Below are positions 20,034-30,577 of a stretch of 64,000 nucleotides of DNA, piece by piece. Source of the stretch: an uncultured Bacilli bacterium (lineage in GTDB: Bacteria > Bacillota_I > Bacilli_A > RF39 > UBA660); contig CANRCC010000003.1 of the NCBI GenBank assembly GCA_947629025.1, forward strand, positions 7,521-71,520, read 5' to 3'. The translations under genes were made by a program, and so were the position numbers. The notes under the pieces were generated by a model that made no database searches, was not told the origin of the DNA, and was given only the letters and a program-made list of their open reading frames with translations. Position 1 is the first letter of the stretch. Every line of letters starts with the position of its first letter.

Positions 20034-20778
20034 ATTCAAATATACTACTTAATATTATTATAAAAATTCCAATTAATACTCCAATTAATGATAATAACTT
20101 ATTTTTACTATGAATAATATGAGGTATTAATTCAAATATAATAATATAAATAAGCATTCCAAGTGTTATACAAATAAGTCCACCTATAATAAACTCATTT
20201 AAAAGATTATTCATTAAGAACATTAATAGTCCTCCAATAAATGTTGATATAGTAACTAAAAATAATAATGGTATTCTTTTTTTTCTTTTTTCTTTTTCTA
20301 ATGTAGAATATATAATCATACCCATTGGAATATTGTGTAATCCTACCCCTATTCCTACAAGAATAGCTAATTTAATCGAATGGATACTCATACTATATAC
20401 AACCATACCCTCTATTATATTATGAATTATTATTGCTATTGAAGATACTATTCCTATATGAATCAAGTTTTCATCTGTACAATTATGAGATAAACTATGT
20501 TCATTATCATGTTCAGGTATAAAGTTATCTAGTAATTTTAATATCCCTATCCCTACTATTACCAAAATAAATATTATTAAAATTGTATTTAAAATATTAT
20601 CAGTTCTAAATGTATCAAATGCTTCTGGTATTAAATCTATAATTACAAGAGATAACATTGTTCCAAGTGCGATTGAAATAGATAGTTGCTCTATAATTTT
20701 TTTATTATTTATTAATTTAATAAACAATATACCTACTAATATAAATACTCCTAAGCAAAAGGTTATTATAAGTCCCAT
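20032..20778 (-). CDS. ZIP-family metal (zinc) transporter
   Basis: HNIIEGMVV and GVGLHNIPMGM ZIP signatures. Eight predicted TM helices. Confidence 0.85.
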   Translation of the reverse strand: MGLIITFCLGVFILVGILFIKLINNKKIIEQLSISIALGTMLSLVIIDLIPEAFDTFRTDNILNTILIIFILVIVGIGILKLLDNFIPEHDNEHSLSHNCTDENLIHIGIVSSIAIIIHNIIEGMVVYSMSIHSIKLAILVGIGVGLHNIPMGMIIYSTLEKEKRKKRIPLLFLVTISTFIGGLLMFLMNNLLNEFIIGGLICITLGMLIYIIIFELIPHIIHSKNKLLSLIGVLIGIFIIILSSIFE

Positions 20779-20838
20779 AGATTCACCCTTTCGTTTGTAA
20801 TTATATCAAAAAAAGGATATAATTTATACCCTTTTTTA

Positions 20839-21225
20839 TTATTTTATTTCTATACTTTTCTTAGTATCAACTTTTTCCTTTTTTGGAATAACAAGTTTTA
20901 ATGTACCATCATTATATTCTGCTGATATTTCTTCTTCATTAATATCACCAAAACTAAATGAACGTTCACACTTTTCAAATTTTCTTTCACGTCTTAAGTA
21001 TTTCTTATCATCTTCATCATTAGTTTCTTCGTTTTTTTCACAAGAAATTTTTATTACACCATTATCACATTCAATCTTGATATCTTCCTTTGAAAAACCT
21101 GGAACATCCATAATCACATTATAGTTTCCATCCTTTTCATAAATATCACATTTCATTCTCTTTTTAAATGATGTATCATCAAAATCATCTAAAAAATTAT
21201 CAAAAAATATTCTACTTGGTAACAT
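20839..21225 (-). CDS. Hsp20/alpha-crystallin small heat-shock protein
   Basis: Alpha-crystallin domain DIYEKDGNYNVIMDVPGFSKEDIKIE...DGTLKLVIPK. Confidence 0.9.
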   Translation of the reverse strand: MLPSRIFFDNFLDDFDDTSFKKRMKCDIYEKDGNYNVIMDVPGFSKEDIKIECDNGVIKISCEKNEETNDEDDKKYLRRERKFEKCERSFSFGDINEEEISAEYNDGTLKLVIPKKEKVDTKKSIEIK

Positions 21226-21274
21226 ATTATCATTCCTCCCATTCTTTATTATGTACCTTATTTTATATTTTAAT

Positions 21275-23152
21275 CTATTTTGATAGTAATTCGCATATTA
21301 AGTTACTTATCTCTGTTGGATTTTCAATTGAAAGTCCTTCTATTAATCTACTTTGTGAATATAAAATCTTTGTATAATTTTTAAATTCATCACTATTATT
21401 CTTATATAACTCTTTTAATTTTTCTGCGATTGGATGAGAATCATTAATTTCTAATATAATTTTAGCATTAATATTTTCATCATTAGGCATTGCATTAATT
21501 ACCTTTTGCATCTCAATTGATACAGGCCCCTCACTTACTAAACATACAGGATGGTTTTTAAGTCTATGAGTAAATCTAACATCTGTAACCTCTCCATTTA
21601 ATATTTCTTTCATTGATGAAAGCATATCTTTATTTTCTTCATTTGTCTTTTTTAAACTTTCTTTTTCTTCATCTGTATCTAAATCTACATTATTTTCACA
21701 TACATTTACGAACTTCTTACCATCATATTCTGAAAGTGTCTTAATAACAAACTCATCAATATATTCTGTTAAGTATAATATATTATACCCTTTATCTTTT
21801 ACCTTTTCTACTTGAGGTATCATATCTATTTTTGATATTGTTTCACCACAAGCATAATAAATATTTTCATCATCCTTTTTCATATTTGATACATATTCTT
21901 TTAATGTAACTAACTTATCATCTTTTGATGAATGAAATAATATTAAATCTTTAAGTTCATCTTTATGCATTCCATAATCATTATATATACCAAATTTTAA
22001 TTGCATTCCAAATTCTTTATAGAATTCTTCATACTTATCTCTTTCATCTTTAAGCATAGATTCAAGTTCACTTTTAATTTTTTTCTCAACATTACTAGCA
22101 ATTAATTTTAATTGTCTATCTTGTTGTAAAATTTCTCTTGAAATATTTAAAGATAAATCATCACTATCAACTATACCTTTTACAAATCCAAAATAATCTG
22201 GTAATAAATCAGAACATTTATCCATTATAAGTACACCATTTGCATATAATGATAATCCTTTTTCATATTCTTTAGAATAATAATCATATGGTGCATGTGA
22301 TGGAATAAATAAAAGTGATTTATAAGAACATAATCCTTCTACAGATGAGTGAATTACTCTTAATGGATTTTGATAGTCATAAAATTTACTTTGATAAAAA
22401 GAATTATATTCTTCATTTTTTATTTTCTTTTTATCCTTTTTCCATAATGGAATCATACTATTTAATGTTTCTTCTTTTACTACATCCTCATATTCATCTT
22501 TTAAACCCTTTTTTAATTCTCTTCTAGTTACATTCATTTTTATAGGATATCTTATATAATCAGAGTATTTTTTAACTAGTGACTCTATATTATAACTATC
22601 TAAAAAATCACTATAATTATAATCATCACTATCTTGTTTAATTTTAATAGTTATTGTTGTTCCATACTCTTCTTTTTCGCATTCACTTATATTATATCCA
22701 TCTGCTCCTTTACTAGACCATTTATATGCTTTATCAGAACCATATTTTTTAGATATAACATCTACATTATCTGCGACCATAAATGAAGAATAAAAACCAA
22801 CACCAAATTGACCAATTATATTAATATCTTTCTTATCTACATTTTCTTCTTTAAATTGAAGCGAACCTGATTTTGCAATCATACCAAGATTATTTTCAAG
22901 TTCATCTTTATCCATTCCTATACCATTATCAGATATAGTTAATAATCTATTATCTTTGTCTATACTTAACTTAATACATAAATCTTTTTTATTTACTTTA
23001 ATCTTTTTATCAGTTAAAGAATTATAATATACTTTATCAATTGCATCACTTGCATTAGATATTAATTCTCTTAAAAAGATTTCTTTATTTGTATAAATAG
23101 AATTAATCATTAAATCAAGTAATCTTTTTGATTCTGCCTTAAATTGCTTCAA
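21275..23152 (-). CDS. htpG: Chaperone HtpG (Hsp90)
   Basis: N-terminal FLRELISNASDAIDK GHKL ATPase motif. Length 625 aa. Confidence 0.95.
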   Translation of the reverse strand: MKQFKAESKRLLDLMINSIYTNKEIFLRELISNASDAIDKVYYNSLTDKKIKVNKKDLCIKLSIDKDNRLLTISDNGIGMDKDELENNLGMIAKSGSLQFKEENVDKKDINIIGQFGVGFYSSFMVADNVDVISKKYGSDKAYKWSSKGADGYNISECEKEEYGTTITIKIKQDSDDYNYSDFLDSYNIESLVKKYSDYIRYPIKMNVTRRELKKGLKDEYEDVVKEETLNSMIPLWKKDKKKIKNEEYNSFYQSKFYDYQNPLRVIHSSVEGLCSYKSLLFIPSHAPYDYYSKEYEKGLSLYANGVLIMDKCSDLLPDYFGFVKGIVDSDDLSLNISREILQQDRQLKLIASNVEKKIKSELESMLKDERDKYEEFYKEFGMQLKFGIYNDYGMHKDELKDLILFHSSKDDKLVTLKEYVSNMKKDDENIYYACGETISKIDMIPQVEKVKDKGYNILYLTEYIDEFVIKTLSEYDGKKFVNVCENNVDLDTDEEKESLKKTNEENKDMLSSMKEILNGEVTDVRFTHRLKNHPVCLVSEGPVSIEMQKVINAMPNDENINAKIILEINDSHPIAEKLKELYKNNSDEFKNYTKILYSQSRLIEGLSIENPTEISNLICELLSK

Positions 23153-23208
23153 ACTTTATTCCCTCTTTCTACTGATTATGTATCAGTAACATTATAGTAG
23201 CACTTATT

Positions 23209-23235
23209 TTAGCACTTGTCAATAGTGAGTGCTAA
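23209..23235. promoter_or_regulatory. CIRCE operator (HrcA binding site) upstream of htpG
   Basis: TTAGCACTT-GTCAATAGT-GAGTGCTAA matches the consensus TTAGCACTC-N9-GAGTGCTAA with one mismatch. Confidence 0.8.
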
Positions 23236-23242
23236 AAGAATT

Positions 23243-25360
23243 TTATTCATTTTTTATTACTAAATTATCATCTTTTTCATCTATAACTACAGTTGAATTA
23301 AACTTAATATTATCATTTATAATTTCATTAGCAAGTAGAGTTTCTAAGTTTCTTGACACAAATCTTTTTATTGGTCTTGCTCCATATTTTTCATCGTATG
23401 AGTTATTAATAATAAATTCTTTTGCTTTATCTGTTAGACTTAATTTTATTTTTTTATCATCTAGTCTTTTTTCAATATCATCTATTATTTTATCAAGTAT
23501 TTCATATATTACATTCTTATCTAGAGACTTAAATATAATTATCTCATCTATACGATTTATAAATTCAGGTTTAAATGTGTGCTTTAATTCATTCATAACT
23601 AATTCATCTTTATTATCCATATTTTCAAGTATATATTCACTACCTAAATTAGACGTCATAATTATTATTGTATTTTTAAAATCTACAGTTCTACCTTGAG
23701 AATCAGTTATTCTTCCATCATCTAATATTTGAAGAAGAATATTGAATACATCTTTATGAGCTTTTTCTATTTCATCAAATAATACTATACTATATGGATT
23801 TCTTCTTACTGCTTCTGTTAATTGTCCACCCTCATCATATCCTACATATCCTGGAGGCGCTCCAACTAATCTTGATACTGAATGACTTTCCATATATTCA
23901 CTCATATCAATTCTAACAATATGTCTTTCATCATCAAATAATTCATACGCAAGTGTTTTAGCTACCTCTGTCTTACCTACACCTGTAGGGCCAAGAAATA
24001 TAAATGAACCAATTGGCCTATTTGGATCTTTTATACCTGCTCTTGATCTTATTATAGCTTCACTTACTAATTTTATAGCCTCATCTTGACCTTTTACTCT
24101 TTTTTTCATATTTTCTTCTAAATGTAAAATTTTTTCTCTTTCTCCACCAACTAATTTACTTATAGGTATTTTAGTCCAATTTGATATTATTTTAGCAATA
24201 TCTTCTTCATCTACTACATCTGATAATATTTCATTTTTATTTTTTTCATTAAGTTCTTCTAATTCTTTTTCAAGTTTTGGTAATACACCATGTCTTAATT
24301 TTGCAGCAGTCTCTAAATCATAAGAATTTTCTGCTTGTTCTAGTTTAAAATTAGCACTAGATATTTCTTCTTTTTTACTTTTAATTTTATCGTTAATATT
24401 TTTTTCTTCTTCCCAATCACTTCTAAGTTTACTTTCATTTTCTTTTAAGTTAGATAACTCTTTATTTATTTCAACTAATCTATTTTTACTTATTTCATCT
24501 TTTTCTTTTTTTAATGCTTGTGCTTCAATTTCAAGTCTCATTATATCTCTAGTCAATTTATCTAATTCAGTTGGAACTGAATCCATTTGAACTTTAATAG
24601 TAGCACATGCTTCATCTATTAAATCAATTGCTTTATCTGGTAAAAATCTATCTGTTATATATCTATTTGATAAAGTAGCTGCAGATACTAATGCTCTATC
24701 TTTAATTGTTACACCATGATGCAATTCAAATCTTTCCTTTAAACCTCTAAGTATTGTTATTGTATCAAGTACTGTTGGTTCTTTAACTTGAACTTTTTGA
24801 AAACGTCTTTCTAGTGCACCATCTTTTTCAATATATTTTCTATATTCATTAAGAGTTGTAGCACCAATACAAAGAATTTCACCTCTTGCAAGCATAGGCT
24901 TTAACATATTACCTGCATCCATTGCACCCTCTAGTGCACCTGCGCCTACTATCATATGAATTTCATCTATAAACAGAATTATCTCTCCATTTGAGTTTTT
25001 TATTTCCTTTAATACTGCCTTTAATCTTTCTTCAAATTCTCCTCTATATTTTGCACCTGCGATTAAAGAACCCATATCTAATTCCCATATTCTTTTTTGT
25101 TTCAAGCTATTAGGAACATCACCTTTTACTATCCTATTTGCTAATCCCTCAACAATCGCAGTTTTACCAACACCTGGTTCACCAATTAATACAGGATTAT
25201 TTTTAGTTTTTCTAGATAATATCCTAGTAATACTCCTAATTTCTTCATCTCTTCCAATAACAGGATCTATCTTACCATTTTTAACTTCACTTACAATATC
25301 CCTACCATATTTTTCTAATGGATTTTGTAAATTTTCTTCATATGGATTTTGTTCATTCAT
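23243..25360 (-). CDS. clpB: ClpB-type AAA+ disaggregase lacking the N-terminal domain
   Basis: Two nucleotide-binding domains ([30 protein letters not shown]) and a long coiled-coil M-domain of about 120 aa. AAGGGAG ribosome-binding site before MNEQNPY at 25360. The protein starts directly at LEKYGRD...VIGRDEEIR, so the usual 140 aa N-domain is absent. Confidence 0.9.
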   Translation of the reverse strand: MNEQNPYEENLQNPLEKYGRDIVSEVKNGKIDPVIGRDEEIRSITRILSRKTKNNPVLIGEPGVGKTAIVEGLANRIVKGDVPNSLKQKRIWELDMGSLIAGAKYRGEFEERLKAVLKEIKNSNGEIILFIDEIHMIVGAGALEGAMDAGNMLKPMLARGEILCIGATTLNEYRKYIEKDGALERRFQKVQVKEPTVLDTITILRGLKERFELHHGVTIKDRALVSAATLSNRYITDRFLPDKAIDLIDEACATIKVQMDSVPTELDKLTRDIMRLEIEAQALKKEKDEISKNRLVEINKELSNLKENESKLRSDWEEEKNINDKIKSKKEEISSANFKLEQAENSYDLETAAKLRHGVLPKLEKELEELNEKNKNEILSDVVDEEDIAKIISNWTKIPISKLVGGEREKILHLEENMKKRVKGQDEAIKLVSEAIIRSRAGIKDPNRPIGSFIFLGPTGVGKTEVAKTLAYELFDDERHIVRIDMSEYMESHSVSRLVGAPPGYVGYDEGGQLTEAVRRNPYSIVLFDEIEKAHKDVFNILLQILDDGRITDSQGRTVDFKNTIIIMTSNLGSEYILENMDNKDELVMNELKHTFKPEFINRIDEIIIFKSLDKNVIYEILDKIIDDIEKRLDDKKIKLSLTDKAKEFIINNSYDEKYGARPIKRFVSRNLETLLANEIINDNIKFNSTVVIDEKDDNLVIKNE

Positions 25361-25432
25361 ATTATCAACTCCCTTAATATTATGCACATAAAAAATATTA
25401 TTTTACTTGCATAACTAAATTATATCACTTTA

Positions 25433-25459
25433 TTAGCACTTGTCAATAGTGAGTGCTAA
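25433..25459. promoter_or_regulatory. CIRCE operator (HrcA binding site) upstream of clpB
   Basis: Identical 27-nt element TTAGCACTTGTCAATAGTGAGTGCTAA to the one at 23209. Confidence 0.8.
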
Positions 25460-25544
25460 TTTTACTAATATTAATGTATAGTTATATATTGTGTCACCAA
25501 ATTTAGATTTTAAATATAATATTATAGAAAGGAGAGATGATTTT

Positions 25545-25721
25545 ATGTATGGATATCCTGTTTATGGATACCAAGGTAATCCCTACGCATATGGTGGTGG
25601 ATATTCAAATGGATATGGTAGTGGATATGGTGCAGCCTGGGCAATAATAATAGTAGTTATAATAATTTTCTTCCTATTTTGGGGATTTGGATCTTATGGT
25701 GGAAATAGACAATGTCAATAA
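25545..25721 (+). CDS. YjcZ-like small Gly/Tyr-rich sporulation protein
   Basis: MYGYPVYGYQGNPYAYGGGYSNGYGSGYG followed by the hydrophobic stretch AIIIVVIIIFFLFWGF. AAAGGAGAG ribosome-binding site. Confidence 0.6.
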   Translation: MYGYPVYGYQGNPYAYGGGYSNGYGSGYGAAWAIIIVVIIIFFLFWGFGSYGGNRQCQ

Positions 25722-25899
25722 ATCCTATACTCTCCACACTTTAGTTCTTTTTCCAATATTTTACATTCTTATTTCACTAAAAAGAATATCATCAAATTTG
25801 GTATTCTTTTTATATTAGTTATTATTAAAAATTGATATAAATACTTTACATTTTAGATTTAATTTATTGATATTTTATTTTCTAAATGTTATAATTTTC

Positions 25900-25914
25900 T
25901 TGTAATCATTATAA
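25900..25914. promoter_or_regulatory. Putative PerR/Fur-type box overlapping the -10 of the rubrerythrin promoter
   Basis: TTGTAATCATTATAA versus the Per box TTATAATNATTATAA (one mismatch). TATAAT lies at its 3' end. Confidence 0.4.
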
Positions 25915-25942
25915 TATGATTTATAAGAAAGGAAGTATAAAT

Positions 25943-26482
25943 ATGCAATTAAAAGGAAGTAAAACTGAACAAAATTTAATGACTGCTTTTGCTGGTGAAA
26001 GTCAAGCAAGAAATAAGTATACTTATTATGCTAGTAAAGCAAAAAAAGAAGGATATGAACAAATATCAGCTATTTTTGAAGAAACTGCTAGTAATGAAAA
26101 AGAACATGCAAAAATATGGTTTAAATTATTACATGATGGTGATATACCTAATACAATAGATAATTTAAAAGATGCAGCTGGTGGAGAAAATTACGAATGG
26201 ACAGATATGTATGCAGAATTTGCAAAAGTTGCAAAAGAAGAAGGATTTGATCATATAGCATATCTTTTTGAAGAAGTTGGAAAAATAGAAAAACATCACG
26301 AAGAAAGATATATGACTTTACTAGGAAATATAAATGATGATATGGTATTTAAAAAAGGAGAAGATACTGTTTGGATTTGCCGTAACTGTGGATATGTTTA
26401 TGTAGGCAAAGAAGCTCCTAAAGTATGTCCTGTTTGTTCACATCCTCAAGCATTTTTTGAAAAAAAGTCTGAAAATTACTAA
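25943..26482 (+). CDS. rbr: Rubrerythrin (ferritin-like diiron domain + C-terminal rubredoxin-like CxxC...CxxC)
   Basis: Diiron ligands E...EKEH. C-terminal ICRNCGYVY...CPVCSHP. Confidence 0.9.
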   Translation: MQLKGSKTEQNLMTAFAGESQARNKYTYYASKAKKEGYEQISAIFEETASNEKEHAKIWFKLLHDGDIPNTIDNLKDAAGGENYEWTDMYAEFAKVAKEEGFDHIAYLFEEVGKIEKHHEERYMTLLGNINDDMVFKKGEDTVWICRNCGYVYVGKEAPKVCPVCSHPQAFFEKKSENY

Positions 26483-26487
26483 AATAA

Positions 26488-26513
26488 AAGATACCCTTTG
26501 GTATCTTTTTTTA
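26488..26513. terminator. Bidirectional rho-independent terminator (rbr / mscL convergent)
   Basis: AGATACC-cttt-GGTATCT hairpin followed by T7. Confidence 0.7.
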
Positions 26514-26930
26514 TTTCTTCTTATTATTTTTTAATAAGTCTCTTATTTCTTCAAGTAATATAATTTGTTCATCTTTTTTTACTTCTTCTTTTACCTCTTC
26601 TTTTTTATTAAATTTACTAATAACTTTAACAAAGAAGAATATACAAGAAGCAACTATTAAAAAATCAATAATATTTTGAATAAATATTCCATAAGCTATA
26701 GTAGCATCTTTTACTTTAAGTGTAAGATTAGAAAAATCTATACCACCTATTACAATACCAATTAATGGCATTAATATATCATTTACAAGAGATGTAACTA
26801 TTTTTCCAAATGCTGAACCAATTATTACACCAACTGCTAAATCTACTACATTACCTTTAGATATAAAATCCTTAAATTCTTTAATAGTACTGTTTCCTTT
26901 TTCTATTATATTTTTCTTTTCTTTTTTCAT
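26511..26930 (-). CDS. mscL: Large-conductance mechanosensitive channel MscL
   Basis: [42 protein letters not shown] is a canonical MscL N-terminus. Confidence 0.9.
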   Translation of the reverse strand: MKKEKKNIIEKGNSTIKEFKDFISKGNVVDLAVGVIIGSAFGKIVTSLVNDILMPLIGIVIGGIDFSNLTLKVKDATIAYGIFIQNIIDFLIVASCIFFFVKVISKFNKKEEVKEEVKKDEQIILLEEIRDLLKNNKKK

Positions 26931-26982
26931 AACTATCTCCTATCTATATATAAATATATCATAAAATTATAATAATTGTAAA

Positions 26983-27438
26983 TTAATTATTACTTTCATT
27001 AATTAATGCTTCATATAGTAAATCAACTATATGATTAGATGGTATTAAATTATATTTATCTATTACCCTTTCAATAATATCATCTGAAAATGTCATATTA
27101 AGATATTTAAAAATCGATTCTTTTTTATTTTTAATTTCATTTAGATAATCAAGTGTATACTGGTTATCAATTATAAGTAAATCATAATCTTGAATCCATT
27201 TTTTAAATTTCATCATTATTTTATTTGTTGTATTAACATATGTAAACATATTTTTATCATACTGGATCATATTTAATAAGTCTATATTATTAATACATTT
27301 CTCATTTAATCTATAATCAAATCTATCTTCTAATTTAAGACCATTTAATTTTAAAGCAGATAATTGTATTATATTACCATTTTTTGGATTTAATGAACTT
27401 GGTATAATTTCTAATATTATATATTTTTTATTATCCAT
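26983..27438 (-). CDS. Hypothetical protein; degenerate (catalytically inactivated) DnaQ-like exonuclease fold
   Basis: YIILEIIPSSLNPKNGNIIQLSALK aligns with [25 protein letters not shown] of the exonuclease at 5143-5679, but the DxE motif is replaced by ExI. AGGTGA ribosome-binding site. Confidence 0.5.
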   Translation of the reverse strand: MDNKKYIILEIIPSSLNPKNGNIIQLSALKLNGLKLEDRFDYRLNEKCINNIDLLNMIQYDKNMFTYVNTTNKIMMKFKKWIQDYDLLIIDNQYTLDYLNEIKNKKESIFKYLNMTFSDDIIERVIDKYNLIPSNHIVDLLYEALINESNN

Positions 27439-27485
27439 ATTTTATCACCTACATAAATAATTTTATCATAACAAATAATTAAACA

Positions 27486-28481
27486 CTACAAAGTATATAC
27501 ATTATTTAAAATATCTTTTATATCAAAATCTATATCACTAATCTTATAGTGTAATCTAAGTAAATCATCTATAGGATTATCTCTTTTTAATATCTTTTTT
27601 GATATATATTCTGCAATAACATATCTTTGTGATAAATATAAATCAAGTCTATTTTTATCAATTATTCTTTTTAATCGTTTTAAACTACATAATTCTTTTG
27701 ATAATACTTTATATTTTGCTGAAGTTTCTTCACACTGTGATAATTGCTTTTTTATATTATGATAATTTATACTCTCCCCATTTAATTTCATCTTAATAAT
27801 TTCTACATCTATAATAGTAATTTCTGCACATTTCTTTGCAGATTTAATAATGTCTAATTTAATTTTATCAAAATCATTAGAAGTAATTATTTTATTTTTA
27901 ACTAAATAATCTCCTAATATAAGTTCAAAAGTTATAGAAACAACCTCACTAAAATAATTTCTAGCCTGTGAATCAACTTTTGAACCAAATTCAACATTTT
28001 TAAAAATTGGTAATTTATTAATAGTATTATTTACGAGATATTCTAATTTACTATCATAAAATAAATATGTATATTCATTTAATTTATGTAATATTTCATG
28101 TAATATTAAAAACATATCCATAGGTGTATTACTTAGATGAATATGAACTAAACCATCTGAAGAAAGAAAACCATTATTGCCTTTATTTTTATCATTTTCA
28201 AATATTACTATTGGATTATTGTTCTCATCTACTTGTCTTATAATATTAATATATTGGTTAGCTAATTCTGGACTTATTTCCATTAAAAAATTATATACAA
28301 TTTCCATTGATTCATTTAGGTTAAATTTTCTAGACCAGTCTTTTTTTATTATACTTGGTTCATCTTCATTAAGAACCTCAAAACTTAAATTTTCAATTTG
28401 ATTCATTGTAAGAATAGAAATATAATTCCAAATTGAATTTATATAATCATATACAATTTCATCAAGTAATTTGTAATCCAT
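27486..28481 (-). CDS. Hypothetical protein with HExxH zinc-metallopeptidase motif
   Basis: LILHEILHKLNE is the only recognisable motif. No family assigned. Confidence 0.5.
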   Translation of the reverse strand: MDYKLLDEIVYDYINSIWNYISILTMNQIENLSFEVLNEDEPSIIKKDWSRKFNLNESMEIVYNFLMEISPELANQYINIIRQVDENNNPIVIFENDKNKGNNGFLSSDGLVHIHLSNTPMDMFLILHEILHKLNEYTYLFYDSKLEYLVNNTINKLPIFKNVEFGSKVDSQARNYFSEVVSITFELILGDYLVKNKIITSNDFDKIKLDIIKSAKKCAEITIIDVEIIKMKLNGESINYHNIKKQLSQCEETSAKYKVLSKELCSLKRLKRIIDKNRLDLYLSQRYVIAEYISKKILKRDNPIDDLLRLHYKISDIDFDIKDILNNVYTL

Positions 28482-28621
28482 ATTTAAGTCATCTCCAATA
28501 ATTTTTGATAAGCTATATTATAACACATAATATTATATATTATAAATAAATATTTTAAAATCCCATTTTATATAGAACTTTATCATAAAAAAAATGATTA
28601 GATATTATTTGTATAAATATT

Positions 28622-29641
28622 TTAATCATCAACATTTCTTTTATCTAAATATAATTTTTTTGCTTTTTCAATTGTTTCAGGTGTAATATCTTCATAAGAA
28701 TCAATTATGTGATTTTCAAATTCTTTTTCACATGATTGTAACTGAGTTAATGTATCCTGCATTTGACTTAATATGTTTACTAATTTTGAATTATCTTTTA
28801 ATTTAGCAATTCTTTTGTATACTTCATTTAAATTTTCAAAACAACCTGTTAAATCGATAGTAGCAATACTTAAATCTACAGAATCTTTTATATCTTGATG
28901 TTCTACTTTCTTATCTTCTGCTAATTTTTTTATTACATCAATAGTAGATTCTATTGTTATCTCATTTGGCAATCTATCTGGATCAAAAATTAAACTATTT
29001 AATAATATATCTCTACCATATTCACTTAGTTTTTGACAGTTTTCAAAGCGATAAATATTTAAATTCAAGCAATAACAAGAGTCATTTGTTTTATATCTAA
29101 TTAAACTATCCACATGTATAGGATTAACCTCTATATTTTCTAGAAAAGAAAAATTGCTAAAAGGTGAAATACTATATTCAAACTCATATTCAGTAAAATC
29201 TAAGTTTTCATGAAAATAAATATTAATAAATCCAAGTTTCTTAATTTTTAATACTACTGATTTTATTGTTTCTATATCTTTTTTATGTTCTTGAATATAT
29301 TGATAAAAATATTCTTCATCTAAATTTCTAATACGATTCCCCATTGCATCATAACTTAAAATAGTTAAATTACTTAAACAACGATACTTATTCATTATTT
29401 CTATAGTACGCTTGTGCTTTTCTATAAAATCTTTATATTTACTAGGTACAATAGATAAATTTCCTTGCATAGCATGATATACTTTATTAACTAAATTTCG
29501 ACTACTTTTAGATTTAATTAATTTTTCTAAATCGTCACAAAATGACTTATAATCATCAAACACTTCACATAAAGTAATTAAATGATTGGTTGGTATTGAT
29601 TTGCAACATTTTTTTCTTTCTTCCATTTCTAAATAAGTCAT
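28622..29641 (-). CDS. Hypothetical protein (ORFan)
   Basis: AAGGGAG ribosome-binding site before ATG at 29641 (the track start at 29662 is a TTG). No recognisable motifs. Confidence 0.45.
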   Translation of the reverse strand: MTYLEMEERKKCCKSIPTNHLITLCEVFDDYKSFCDDLEKLIKSKSSRNLVNKVYHAMQGNLSIVPSKYKDFIEKHKRTIEIMNKYRCLSNLTILSYDAMGNRIRNLDEEYFYQYIQEHKKDIETIKSVVLKIKKLGFINIYFHENLDFTEYEFEYSISPFSNFSFLENIEVNPIHVDSLIRYKTNDSCYCLNLNIYRFENCQKLSEYGRDILLNSLIFDPDRLPNEITIESTIDVIKKLAEDKKVEHQDIKDSVDLSIATIDLTGCFENLNEVYKRIAKLKDNSKLVNILSQMQDTLTQLQSCEKEFENHIIDSYEDITPETIEKAKKLYLDKRNVDD

Positions 29642-29837
29642 AATTAAAACTCCCTTAATCAACTAATATTTTATCATATTTATATACTTATTATCAATAA
29701 TTTTACGCGTAAAAACTACTTTCTATTTTATTTTGAAAATTCATTTATTATATTAAACTAACTTAGTTGATATAAGACTTATTTTAATAATCAAGTAATT
29801 ATGCTATAATAAATACAATAAAGAAAGGAAATTAAAA

Positions 29838-30476
29838 ATGAAGTTAAAATCAACCTTAAAAAGTAAGAAAAAAGAATTAGATGAAATTAAAAGTAAAATA
29901 CAACAGAAAAAAGAAGAATTAGATGAAATTAAAAGTAAAATACAACAAAAAGAACAAGAATTAAGTGAAATTGATAATATAATATCAGAAAAAAAAGATA
30001 TTATTGAATCGCTAAAAAATGAAGTTAAAGGACTAAAAGATTTTATTAACTCTAATTTAGATGAAGAATTACAAAAATTTGATTATAAAGTAGATATTAC
30101 TAACTGTTATATCATTAGTCTAAATTCAAAAAAGTATATTGCAATTAGAGAATTTAATAAAACATTAAGCGATTTTTATTCATTAGCTACTGGACATATT
30201 TGTTATGAAAATTATACTTATTATGATGTTTTAGATGTAAATGAGAATAATAAATTCAAGTATATATATGATTACACCTATTATCATCCTACCACGCGTA
30301 TTAGATCTCTTTGTACAGAATATACTGATAGACCTCCAGAGTATGAGGAACATATTTTAAAAGTTTATCCAGAATTGAGTATATTTACAGATAATAAGGT
30401 CCCTAATACATACTTAAAAAAAATATATTACGAAATAAATAACTTGGGAAATAAAAAATTATTAAACCAATTATAA
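29838..30476 (+). CDS. Hypothetical coiled-coil protein with internal 14-aa tandem repeat
   Basis: AAAGGAA ribosome-binding site. N-terminus KKELDEIKSKIQQKKEELDEIKSKIQQKEQEL. The C-terminal 120 aa are Tyr/Cys-rich and of unknown function. Confidence 0.5.
   Translation: MKLKSTLKSKKKELDEIKSKIQQKKEELDEIKSKIQQKEQELSEIDNIISEKKDIIESLKNEVKGLKDFINSNLDEELQKFDYKVDITNCYIISLNSKKYIAIREFNKTLSDFYSLATGHICYENYTYYDVLDVNENNKFKYIYDYTYYHPTTRIRSLCTEYTDRPPEYEEHILKVYPELSIFTDNKVPNTYLKKIYYEINNLGNKKLLNQL
29874..29978 (+). repeat. About 2.5 copies of a 42-nt in-frame tandem repeat
   Basis: The unit gaattagatgaaattaaaagtaaaatacaaca plus a 10-nt spacer repeats at 29874 and 29916. A partial third copy lies at about 29958. 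Confidence 0.7.
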
Positions 30477-30577
30477 TTAGTGATAAATATATTCTTATTT
30501 TAACTTATATAAACTACTTTATATAAAAAGATTATTTTTAACTTTCCCTCTAATTTTAAATTTTTTATTTGTGTATT

